64,000 nt of DNA from Lama glama (taxonomy: Eukaryota), in NCBI GenBank assembly GCA_028534125.1, contig CM052818.1:20710001-20774000 (forward strand), given 5' to 3'. Shown in pieces: positions 26,530 through 37,786 of this stretch. The translations under genes were made by a program, and so were the position numbers. The stretch's first letter is position 1. Each line of letters begins with the position of its first letter. The notes below the pieces were generated by a model. That model was not told the origin of the DNA. It made no database searches and saw only the letters and a list, made by a program, of their open reading frames with translations.

Positions 26530-27770
26530 AACAGTATTCAGTCTCCTCCTCTCCACATTGCTGTAATTTGCCAACGCACTGGCCACTCCTCTTCTTTCAT
26601 TGATACGAAGCTTCTGCCATCTTCTGTCATTATTCTCAGTGACTTCCTCCTCCACTTGGATGAATCATCCTGTACCCTGTGTTCCTTGTTCTTTGACCTC
26701 CTCACCTCCAGTGACTTTTTCTTCTTCTTTGCCTTCACCACCCCTCTTGTGATCTCAGCCTGAATCTTGTCATGACCAGAATCTGTTGCTACCGCTGACA
26801 TTTCTTTTTCACCTATCTCACTTTTGTACTGTCACCTCACCATTTCCTATTCTTCTAGCCCACTTGTTTAGGTGCCCTTACTGCCACAATTTTGCAGGCT
26901 TGTCATGACCTCTCATCAGTAGCTCTCAGCCTGGAGAATTTGAAAAAAAATGCCAGTGCTCCTTTTCCAAACCAGTTAAATCTGGAAAGAATTCTGGGGG
27001 TGGGCCTTGGCACCAGTGGTATTATTGTCTTAAAGCTCCTCAGGTGATTTTTTTATACGGCCAGTGTTGAGACCCACTACCTAATCCTTGGACTCTAGTG
27101 CTATCATTATCCATCAGCCCTTTTATTTTCCTGCCTCATCTAGCCTAGATTACACAGTCACTTTTTCTTAAATAGTCTCACCATTTTGCCCTTCTTTCCT
27201 TCAGTCCTACGTGGCTGATTAAACCCCAGTGCTGGGTGAGCCATAACCTCTCTTGTCTACACTGAGCAGCTGACGTTGCAGGGAACAGTCTCACCAAGGG
27301 CCTAATTTGTTTTCCTTTAGATTAATAATCTCAGACCTCAAAATTGTGTCAGAAGTACCTGGTGGACTCATTATTTTTCTCCAGCAGGTTTGTTTCTCAC
27401 TTTTTTCTCATTTCTTAAACTTCCTAAATCCCTTTCTCTTCTCTAACTTAGATGATGGCATTGCCTTTTATTTATTTGAGAGTATATGAAGTTTCTCATT
27501 TTCTCATGACCATGCTATGTATTCTTGCATTCACCTTCTGTCTTGCTGCAATGGTGTCATTCCTTGTACCAAGGACTAGTTCACCACTTGGGCTTAAGAT
27601 CTCATCCATTCTTGCTCAAGGTCTCTGTTCCTTTAGTCATCTCCTTATTTTTTTTTTTTTGTCTTGTTACCTTTTCTTCCTCAATTGCTGCAGAGTATAA
27701 AAGTTTTCTTTTACATTTAATTTTTAAGAAGCCTTCTCTTGACTCCATATCCCTCTCCAGTTATCTTTTG
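26530..27770 (+). mobile_element. LINE-2 ORF2 (APE endonuclease region) remnant, interrupted by a MER5-type element at ~26920-27080
   Basis: ORF 26515..26763 IAVICQRTGH...VIILSDFLLHLDESSCTL resembles the L2 endonuclease IAVIYRPPG...IILGDFNIHVD motif. Confidence 0.72.
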
Positions 27771-28159
27771 AGCTCACGTGGTACAACACAAGGCAAGGTC
27801 AAGGCCAAGGCCTGATGACTGATTTGACTGGTAAAGATACAATGAACCACTTTTTTGACTTAGTTTACAACTTTTAGAGAAAGCAAAAAGAATAGTCAAA
27901 TTCTTCTTGGAGTCTTGGGTTTACTTATAGGTTTATAAAAACCATTTGGAGTGTTATGGGTGATTAAAAAACCTATGAAGGTGAAAGAAAATGAACTGTG
28001 GTTATTCAGTCTGTCAGATTCAGGTTAAATATAAGGAGGAAAAATACTGTCATGGCTTACAAATGAGTATGTCACTGAGGAAGGCTGCAGAATCTTAGAA
28101 GCTTTAAGAGATATTTCCATGTTTTTGATCTATGTTTTGATCTAAACATGTTTAAATTT

Positions 28160-29087
28160 ACTTTTCTAAAAATTTTTGGTCTTTGGACTCCTTTACACTC
28201 TTACAACTTATTGAGGACCCCAAGGAACTTTTCTTATGTGGCTTATATCTGTAAATATTTACTATGTTAGAAATTAAAAATGAGAAAATATTGGTCAATA
28301 TTAAAATAATAATAAACATATTATATGTTAATGTAAACAACAAATAATTTTAAGTAAGAATAAGTATATATTTCCCTAACGGCAACAAAAAAGTTAGAAC
28401 AATAACATTAACATTTTTGCAAATGTCTCTAATGTCTGACTAGAAGATAACTGAAATAAAAAAATCCTAACCTCCACGCAGATATGTATTTGGAAAAGGG
28501 AGGGATGTTTTAATAGCCTTTTCAGATAATTGTGGATATTATTTGATACTATACCAAAGCTCAGTAAGTGGTAATTTCTAAAAGATGTGTTTCATTGTGG
28601 AATCTGTACCCATACTGTACTATATTAAAATCCGTTGATCTGTGTTATTTGAATGGATCTTTTACCCATGCGTAATCTTGTAACATTATGTGTTGGTCGT
28701 TTGGAAAATCCTGGTTCATAGGTGTCCCATGAGACAACCACCGCACGTCAGTACACGTTGGCCTGCAGCAGAAGGGCTTTATGTATATTTCAGTACAGAA
28801 TATGAAAAAGATGTGTTTTCAAGGATTGAAATTTTAAAAATGAATAACTTTTCTGCTTCATTCTTAAGTGAGACTGACATTGTTTTATTGCAGGTGTGTG
28901 GTGGCAGTGAGGGGAACAGTGATTGTGAGTACAGCTTGGTGCCACTGTCTTGGGTTTTGCTACCATTGCTCTTGCACCATCACTGAAATGTCAGATAGTG
29001 CCTCAGCATTATTATGAACGTGGTTATGACCTTGCAGCCCCCCTGAAAGGGTCTCGGTGGTCTATGAACAACACTGAGAAACACTAG
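28160..29087 (-). mobile_element. Charlie1-type hAT DNA transposon, internally deleted
   Basis: Reverse complement of 29000-29087 (gagaccctttcagggggctgcaaggtcataacc...cataataat) resembles the Charlie1 left end; the other end is at tttttggtctttggactcctttacactctt. Confidence 0.75.
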
Positions 29088-29269
29088 ATAAATTTTGCCT
29101 GAAGATTCCAGAGAAGATACCTTTAAATGTCCAATTTATGATTGTTGGCTTTCCTTTTTCCCTCTTACTTTAAGCCTCCCATTTTTAGCCATTTTACTTT
29201 TTCTTTATTTCTTCATCTAATTCTTTATCCTTGTCCTAGGAGGTGGTCCAGGTGTGGTAGCCATGGTAA

Positions 29270-29490
29270 TGATGGTGGTATTAGCAGATATTTGATTGCT
29301 TACCATTAGCTAGGCAACATGCTCAACACTTCACTTATGTGGTCTTAATCATCACAACAACCCGCTGAAGCAGGTGCTGTAATTATCTTGATTTTATAGA
29401 CCAGAAAGCCAAGGCGAGAGATGTTAAGTGACTTGCTTGTGGATCACAGATAGTAAGTAATGGAACTGGGTTTCTAAGTCAGGAGCATGA
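29270..29490 (-). mobile_element. MIR SINE
   Basis: attttatagaccagaaagccaaggcgagagatgttaagtgacttgc. Confidence 0.78.
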
Positions 29491-30694
29491 TTTTCAGGAA
29501 CTGATATATTTCTCTTGGGTGTTTTTACATCAGCCATGCTCCTAAGAGTGATGTATAAAACCACAGTGCTGGTTTAATAAGTAATAGTGTGATAAAACTA
29601 TCAGAAGGAGTTAAACTCTTACGACTAGCACTATCTCTCATCAGAGACTGACATAGAGAATTAAATGATAATCAGAAATTTCCTTGATGAGCATGGGCTG
29701 AGAACAGGAGAATTAGATACATCTGTTCGTTTGGGTTTATTCAGTGCCTGCTGTTGTTGAGGCACTATCCTTGTCACAATGAGAACGAATGTTTTAACTG
29801 CATGAATGTAAGGTAGTCTGATGTATCCATCTCACAGGAGGTCTGTCTTACCTTTGGGACCAAATTACTCAGATTCTGTTTGCTAAGCTTTCCTCTTCTT
29901 TGTTGGTTACTTAGAATGCTGGTCATATTTGCTTTTACAGTTTTCCTTTTTCTGCCCCATTATTGCTGACAACTCTATATATGATTGACATATTCTTTCT
30001 TTAGCTATGTCAATTAATTTGATCAGGTTATTATCAACTGTATGGATTTGGGGGACAGTCTGTTTTTATATCTCTGTTCTCCATTGTGTTCCAGCTAAAA
30101 ATGTAATACTCAGGGGGCTGCTTAAGGTATATCATGTCCAGGTTAGGTGGTGATGGGTGGGCGTTAGGATGGAGAGGTGCTCTTTATTGTAGTTCCCAGT
30201 ATTTTCAGTAGTCAGTAATCCTGGGAAAAAAATCTGATAGGAGAAAAAAATTGAATATTGACTGAAATTTAGTTTGGGAACAGTTCTTTTCTTCAAGTTT
30301 ATGCCATCTGCATCTCTTCGGTAACTGAAGACAGGCTAGCTGGTGGAATTGTAAAGTCCAGGGGCAGGATCTGTATCTTATTTACCACTCTAGTGTCAAA
30401 ATGAATGCCAGATGTGGTTTCATACCTGAGTGTCACCTGGGGAAGGGCAGGTAGTGTAGAGAGTAGCACCTGTATACCTACCCATGTGTATTGCTAGGTA
30501 GACTCCTACCGGTACTATCCTGCTGTCCTGCCATGTTTTCTGCTCTCTAGCCATGTGTAACCTGGTAGCAGGTGTAGCCTGTTGAGTTTTATGAGCATGT
30601 GAGTGTTACTCTTCTCCTAAAGGGTTGACTTTTGATTGCAAGTTTTAAATCTTGGTTTTTCTGCCAGGTGTACACCTATCCTTTACTCATTTTT

Positions 30695-31220
30695 AAAAAT
30701 TAAGCCTTCTATTTCTAGATAATTGTAGATTCACATGCAGTTGTAAAAAATAATACAGAGAGATATGTACCCTTTTTCCAATTTCCCCCATGGTAACATC
30801 TTGCAAAATGTAGTTAAATATCATAACCAGGATATTAGTCTTGATAAAGTCCATTGATCTTACTTAGTTTTCTCCAGTTTTATTTGTATTCATTTGTATG
30901 TGTGTGTGTATAGTTCTATGCAGTTTTACCATATTTTTAGGTATGTATATCCACCACACAGAACACAGTTCTATCACCACAAGGATCACTAGTATTGCCC
31001 TTTTATAGCCAAACCCACCTTCCTCCCAACCCCCCATCTCTGACCTCCAGTAACCATTAATTTTTGGGGGGAATGTTATATAAATATAATCATATAGTAT
31101 GTAACTTTTTGAAATTGCCTTTTTTCCTTTACTCAACATAATTTCCTTGAGATTCTTCCAAATTATTGTGTGTGTGTCAATAATTTGTGCTTTTTCATTG
31201 CTGAATAATATTTCAGGGCG
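30695..31220 (-). mobile_element. L1M 3' end
   Basis: ataattgtagattcacatgcagttgtaaaaaataatacagagaga; ORF 30864..31139 is repeat-derived. Confidence 0.82.
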
Positions 31221-31425
31221 ACTGGGTTTTTTTAATTGGATTTTATTATGTGAATACAGTTTTTTAATTTGTGTTTTAAACTAAAGTTTGGACTTATTTC
31301 CATATCAATAAATACATTTTTATACCATTGTTTATAGTAACTGCATTTTTTTTTAAATTGAGTTATAGAAGGGCAATTGGTTTTTAATCTTCTATTTCTC
31401 ATGTGTTCTCTTTGTGGTTTGATAG

Positions 31426-31812
31426 AATAGCTCTGTGGCTATTGCTGATGCTGATTTGGAAGACAGAAAAAATAAATTGGATACCATGCAGACTCTGAAA
31501 ACAGCAAAGACGAAACGGAAGAATTCAGCTCGGTCACCTTCAGCTCGGAGGACCAAAAAGCTGAAAGTTGATGAAGAAACCAGCAAAGCCAGCAGCTTAG
31601 AGAGCAGGAGTAACAGCACAGAGACACCGTCCACAAGTGCTATGTGGGAAGGCGAGTGCAAGAAGGAGGAGAATGAAGATGACTTTCCATGCAGTCAGTC
31701 TCCTTTGAAGAAAGTGAAGACGGAAATGTGTCCTCAGGGGCAGCCTGTCAGGTTTCTGGCAAATGCCGACAATATTAAGGAAGAGGTCGAAATGAACTGG
31801 GACATAGTACAG
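31426..31812 (+). CDS. SRBD1: SRBD1 exon 4 (387 nt): [17 protein letters not shown]...EMNWDIVQ
   Basis: Acceptor ATAG|AAT, donor CAG|GTATGC, phase 0-0; overlaps ORF 31435..31845. Confidence 0.95.
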
Positions 31813-32626
31813 GTATGCATAGCCTCTTTCTGTCACTTCAGTTAGTTCGATTCCTTTTTTTGTTCACAAAGATGGCGGTGGCACTGGCTAGGGAAGGGCT
31901 GGGAGTTTTCAGTTCTCTTTTCACTTTTGTCAGTAGTTCTGGAGGCTTTGGCCACTGATTCCTTTCCTGGGTATGCTGGTTGGGATTCTAGCTTATTGTC
32001 ATCAGTTCTTCAGCTCAAAGCTGCGACCTCAAGGTGGCTCCCCGCCGTGGTGTTCTAGTGAACATGCACCGTATTGACAGATTGTGCCAACAGATTAGGT
32101 CCTCATAAGTTCATTGTTAAGCTTTTGCTTTGACCTTGGACTGTATTTCACCATAAAAGCAATGCAAATGATTAGGTGATTGGCTCTTGGTACTTCTATT
32201 TAACTCTTAGCATAATATTATAATATACCATGAACAAAGCCGAGTAATTTCCTAAAATTCTATCCCAATTTCAATCTGAGCTATCATAATTATATCTCTT
32301 GCTGCAGGAGAAATTGAATTTCTCCCAGTTTTTTTGGCTGGCTTTGGGGATGGTAAAGAAGACCTGAAGAGCGGCTCTTAACTAGTGGTTCTCAGCTTTT
32401 TGTCTGTTCCAACACACTCTGGGAACATTTTGCAGTCATGGGAGTGCCCCTCAGTGTAGATACGGTAACCTCCGTATTATCTGTCCCGTGGTGATTCTGA
32501 AGTGTACTCCTTCCTCTGCTGTGAATTAGTGCTCTAGAGCCCAGTGCCTCTGCTGGACCCTAAAACCACTTCTCAGTCTGGGATTGTGTGAGTGTGTGTC
32601 TGTGTTACCTTTTTCTTCAGAGGAAC

Positions 32627-32647
32627 TTTTTTTTTTTTTTTTTTTTT
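32627..32647. repeat. Poly(T)21
   Basis: Read directly. Confidence 0.95.
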
Positions 32648-33009
32648 ACCCATGCTGTGTTTTCTACTTCCTTTTAGTCAAACATCTCCAGTAATTTTTG
32701 CTTGTGATTTTTCTTCTCTGTGGTTCACTAAGGAATAGAATGTTGCTTCATAGCTTTCTTCTCATTCTTGTTCCTGAACTAAACAGTCCAAAGTTTCTTG
32801 GAGAGTTAGAATGTAATAAGGCTCCTTTCTATGCTTTCTTTTTCTTTTTTCATTTACGCCTACAAGGAAATGTTTTTAAAGGGTGGTTCAGGGACAGCCT
32901 GCATCAGGTTCACCCTGAAGTGTTTCTTAAAGTGCACACTCCTGGATCCCAGTCCAGACCTAGGGCGTCAGGTGGACATGTCCCACTTCCCTTCTCTTAT
33001 CCTTTACTT

Positions 33010-33290
33010 TAAAAAAATTTTTTATTGAAGTATTGCTGATTTACAACATTGTGTTAGTTTTGGGTGTTTAGCAAAGTACAGTTATATATACATACATTTT
33101 TTCAGATTAGTTTCTATTATAGGGTATTACAAGAAACTGAATATAGTTCCCTGTTGAGCATCTTTTCATGTACTTGTTGGCCACCTGTATATCTTCTTTG
33201 GAGAAATGTCTGTTTAGGACTTCTGCCCAGTTTTTTATTGGGTTGTTTGTTTTTTTTCATTATTGAGTTGTATGAGCTATTTGTATCTTC
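33010..33290 (-). mobile_element. L1 3' end with internal deletion (junction ~33152)
   Basis: tttattgaagtattgctgatttacaac... joined to gttgagcatcttttcatgtacttgttggcc. Confidence 0.8.
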
Positions 33291-33589
33291 TCCTTTACTT
33301 TTAAGCTTATTTCTGCTATTGGCATGGATCCACCTCTAGTGTTGATAGTGAGCAAGAGGGAGGGAGGAAGGTTTCAAAGACCACTAAGTCTCTTGAACTG
33401 TGGTAATAAGTTATTTGAAGTGAAGTCCAGGGCTTATTCTATGAACTTTGCTTCACACCCCTGTCTCCTAATCTGTATAACAGAGAAAGAGATGAAAATG
33501 ACCCTGCCTTTGCCAGTTGTCTCTTGGTTGCAAGTAATGAAAGCCTACTTTTAATTCTTTGTTATTTCTTTGTTGTTTGCCTTACTTTT

Positions 33590-33732
33590 CTAAAACACAG
33601 ATAGCTGGGCCCCACCCCAGAGTTTCTGATTTAGTTGATCTCAGGTAGGGCTCAAGAATTTGCATTTCTAACAAGTTCCCTGATGATATTCCTGCTGCTG
33701 ATTTGGGAACCACGTGTTATGAACCATTGCTC
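33590..33732. mobile_element. MER5A DNA transposon remnant
   Basis: ctgggccccaccccagagtttctgatttag...aagaatttgcatttctaacaagttccc. Confidence 0.85.
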
Positions 33733-34828
33733 CAGCCTCCAGATCTCACTGGCTCGCAGAATGTCAAAGGAGTTTACAAGGGGGTTGACTCAACAGCTGA
33801 AATCAAGTAATGAGCAGGTCAGCTTGAGTGGCTTGATACTGAGTATAGGATAAAGTTCAAACTCTTTAGAATTCACCATCTAGCTCCATCCACTTTTCCA
33901 TTTCTCACTCACTGCAATACCCATTGTACGTTTTAGCATTGCTGAACATATAGATATAGAAAAAAAATGTGCAGTGGTTTCTCATCAGTGCTAGTCTCTT
34001 CCTAGAGTTCCTGCCGCCATTTGGCTGCCTGGAGATACCTTCATTCTCTTGTTGCTTTTCTATTCCTGCAAGGGTAGATGTTTCTTCCTCCCAAGTCCTC
34101 TCAAAGTAGTTTGTATATGCCTCTGTCACAGTATAGATCACACTGTATTTTAACTGTCTACTTGTCTGTCTGTCTTCTTTCTAGTTTATAAGCTCCTTGC
34201 CAAGAGGGACTTGGTTTTTTACATTTTACAACTGACTTGATATGGTTATTGGCATATAATATGAGCTAAGATAAATGTTTGAATAAATTAAGACAGAAGA
34301 AATTGGATGATTTGGAGGCTCAAAAGTTGTGACTGCTTATATGTAGTTTTGTTATCCTTAATTTCAAGAAGCAAATTTGCATAAGCAGCAGCACACAGTG
34401 CCTTACGGATTTGATGCTTCTGGATTTGTTAGGACCTCATCCTATCTAGATGCACGCCTGGAGTCTTAGCTGTCTTGGGCCCCCTTCAGCTAATAGTAGC
34501 AGCTAATTTAGGATAGTGGGGGCCCATGGGTTCTAACAATCACCCAGTTCCAAAATAACGAGCATTTTTGTCATTTTCATCTCTTGTGTCCATCTTTCCG
34601 AGTCTGGCTTATCTTTCAAGGGCCAGATGAAATGCAAGCAAGCCTTTATTGATTGCACCAGGGAGAGCTTTCTCTCCTCTGAAAGCATTACACCACTTAT
34701 TCCCTGGCATGTTCTGTATTACTTGTACTTATTTACATAACATTTTATCTTCTCTTTTAGATTGTTTATTCCTTGAAGACAGTGAAATTTGGGACCAAGC
34801 TTGGGAAGGAGTTTGAAACTATGTGACA

Positions 34829-34930
34829 GGCAGCTGGGTATAGCTCAGTGGTAGAGCATATGCTTAGCATGCATGAGGTCTTGGGTTCAATCCCCAGTAC
34901 CTCCACTTAAAAAATATTAATAAATAAATA
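34829..34930 (+). mobile_element. tRNA-Ala-derived camelid SINE (Vic-1 type), short-tailed
   Basis: A box TAGCTCAGTGG (34841), B box GGTTCAATCC (34884), AGC anticodon loop TTAGCAT, A-rich tail; TSD aaactatgtgaca (34816) / aaactatgctaca (34931). Confidence 0.9.
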
Positions 34931-35789
34931 AAACTATGCTACAATGGTTGAACTTTTACTAGTAATTAGGTAAGAATCATTAGAGCTTATGTTCAAAAGA
35001 AGAAAAAGGAAAAAATAAGGGACTTATTATGTATATGTGTTTTAGAAATATAATCAGTAATGCAGAGAGGTTGGGTGGAAAAAAAGCTGCTTTGTGGTTC
35101 AGATAAAAGAAGATAATAGCAGAAAGGGAGCTTGAGAGGAAAGAACAGACATTTTAGAAGTTCAGTTTGCTTCCTTGATGACAGATTGTATGAGCCTGAT
35201 AGGGAACACACAGTGATACTGAAGACATAGATTAAAATGCTTTTGGTTGCAATAAGAGAAAACCCATTTCAAACTAGCTTAAGCAATAAAGGAGATTTAT
35301 TGACCGATGTAACAGGGAAGTTTAGTCAGTGCACTGTAACAGTCTCTCCACAATCTCGTAGCATTACTGCCCGCAACTTCAAGATTCTACTTGTACAAAC
35401 TGTCTTTCTCCGGAGTGAGAAACTACTGGGTCCAGAGTTCTAGCCCAAATTTTGAGCTACAAGCAGACTAGATTAATCTCTCTGGCCACTCCCTGGCTGT
35501 TGTTAATTTTAAAACAACTAGTTACTGAACAAAATGCTGTGGAGCTGGAGATGAGATCAAGTGTTCTCCAGCCACAACGCTGCTGCATAATAGGGAGGTA
35601 TTGTTGGGGGAGATAACCACGATATCCCCGAAGGTTTCTGTGGTAGGAGATGATGTTGACTGGAATAGGAAACAGGAAGAGGTATAGATTCGAGAGAAAA
35701 ACACTAATGGGTTTGATTTTATAGGGGTCAGGGATGATATCAAGCAAGAGGAGCATTTCTGAATGGGGGAGCAGCCTCATGAAGGCTTC

Positions 35790-36480
35790 TGAAGAGGAAA
35801 GCTACTGGGCTTGTTGTAGGAACTGAACATTGTTCTGAGAACAGCCCACTGGGGCTGGCTTCTAATAAGGGGAAGCCTGGATAAGATGAAGTTGGAGAGG
35901 GAGGCCCATGTTTTTTGGGTTGTGGTAAGGACTTTGGATTCTAAATGCTGTGGTAGATCATTGAAAAGTTTTGACTGGTCAGGTGACATGATTCAGTATA
36001 TATTTTGAAAAGATAATTCTTGTTGTTTCATGGAGATTGACATAGAAGGGGTTGGAGTGGATGCAAGGAGAATGGTTAAAGGCTATTGCAGTAACCCTGG
36101 CTTGAACTAGACTGAGGTGTTGGGAGAAATGAAGAGCAATCATAGACTAAACAGATACTTTGCAATTAGAGTTGATTGATTTTTATGATGGAGTGGATTT
36201 AAGAGTTAAAAGAGTCAAAAGAGTTGAAGACTCTTAGTTTTCTGTCCTGAATTGTTGTTCGAATGGACTTAATAAGGGGAAAACCAGAAGACGAATAAGT
36301 TTGAGAGGGAGATCCCTTCTGCGAATGCAAAGTTTGTGATGCCTAATAGGTTTTCAAGAGAATATGTCAGGTAGCTGGCTAAATGAGTCTGGAGCTCATG
36401 TGGAAGAGAGCTGGGGCTGAAGATGTGATGTTGGCATTCTCAGCAGAGTTGGTACTAATCCATCAGAATGAGTGATATGA
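35790..36480 (-). mobile_element. L2 fragment
   Basis: ggtaaggactttggattctaaatg...ggtgacatgattcagtatatattttgaaaagataattct...ggctattgcagtaaccc. Confidence 0.78.
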
Positions 36481-37619
36481 TGTAGGCCTCAGGATTTAAG
36501 GTGCACAGAGGAATGGGAGTATCCTTGATAGTCTCTGGAATTCAGCCATTTATTTCATTTGTAGTTTTGAAATTCAGTCTATTTTATGTATTGTCTTGAT
36601 TTTGTTAAGCAGTTGATCATGATAATTCTTTAATAATTTGGTTTTTTTTCCTTCTATTTCTGGCAGATCTTGGGCATCAAGATTGAAATAATAATAAAAT
36701 AATAAAATAAAATAATAATAAAAGCCTTTCATGCTTTTCGTAAAAAAAATCTGCTTAGGTTTTTGAGGACAGTTACTGAAATTGCATTTGATTCTTTCTC
36801 TTCTCCAGGCTGACTTCCGTAAGCTTTTCTGCTTGCCTGTACATTTTGCTGAAACTTAGACTTGTTTTTTAAAAATAATTAATTGTTTTGAATATGTAGT
36901 ATATGGGAATGATATAGAATTCCAGAGACACAGAAGAATCTTTCTACCCTAAATCTAAGCCAACCAATTACTTTTCCCCCAAATGAGCCATGTTCCAAGT
37001 TCTTGTGATTTATTCCGTATCAGTAAGTTGTGTGGTGTTCTACTCCATGGGCATATTATAATTCCCCATTGTAGACTTAGGTTTTTGCTAATTTCTGCTA
37101 CACTGGAAAAAGTTGTTCAAAAAATATCACAATAAATAATATCACTTTTTAGAGGTATGAATATATCAGAATAAATTCCCAGGAGTGTAATTGCTGTGCC
37201 ATAGAGTTTACGTATTATAAATTTTGATAGATGTTGTCAAGTTGTTCTTCCTACAGAGGTAATACTGTTGTACTTTCTCACTAGGAATAATTGAAAGTGC
37301 CTTTTCTCATTGCTTACGCCAACACAATGGTTACCAGCTCCTTGATCTTTGGTGCCAATTGAGAGATGAAAAATGCATATTTCATTGAGCCCTGTAGAGT
37401 TTGGATGTTTCAACTGGATTTAATTGAATTAGTGAAATGACTGTTTTATGATTATCAATTTATACGTGTATTTCATATAATTTTCTCTTTTTTTAAACCA
37501 CAGCAGTTAGTTTCTAAGTGACTGGAGAACATTATTTAACGCTGTATTTTAAACTGTTCATTATAATATAGATGTTTAATGTTCAGTATTTTTAATCACT
37601 AAATATCCTTAATTTGCAG

Positions 37620-37786
37620 GTTTTATCTGAGAGAGCTAGTATTGAACTTTGGGTTTGTGCCAACATTATTCGTCTCTTTAATGATGATAACACAATTCCC
37701 TTCATTATACGTTATCGAAAAGAGCTTATCAATAACCTTGATGCTGATTCCTTGAGAGAAGTTCGACAAACCCTAGAGGAGCTACG
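37620..37786 (+). CDS. SRBD1: SRBD1 exon 5 (167 nt): [55 protein letters not shown](R)
   Basis: Acceptor TGCAG|G, donor CG|GTAAGA; Tex N-terminal signature [11 protein letters not shown]. Confidence 0.96.

Noticed and set aside
30440..30600. Possible structured ncRNA or miRNA hairpin
   Set aside because: Only short, non-nested complementary segments; no long stem and no snoRNA boxes that I can support.
34836..34907. Apparent tRNA-Ala(AGC) gene
   Set aside because: Has an A-rich tail and TSD, a poorly pairing acceptor stem, and two related copies in the window; it is a SINE.
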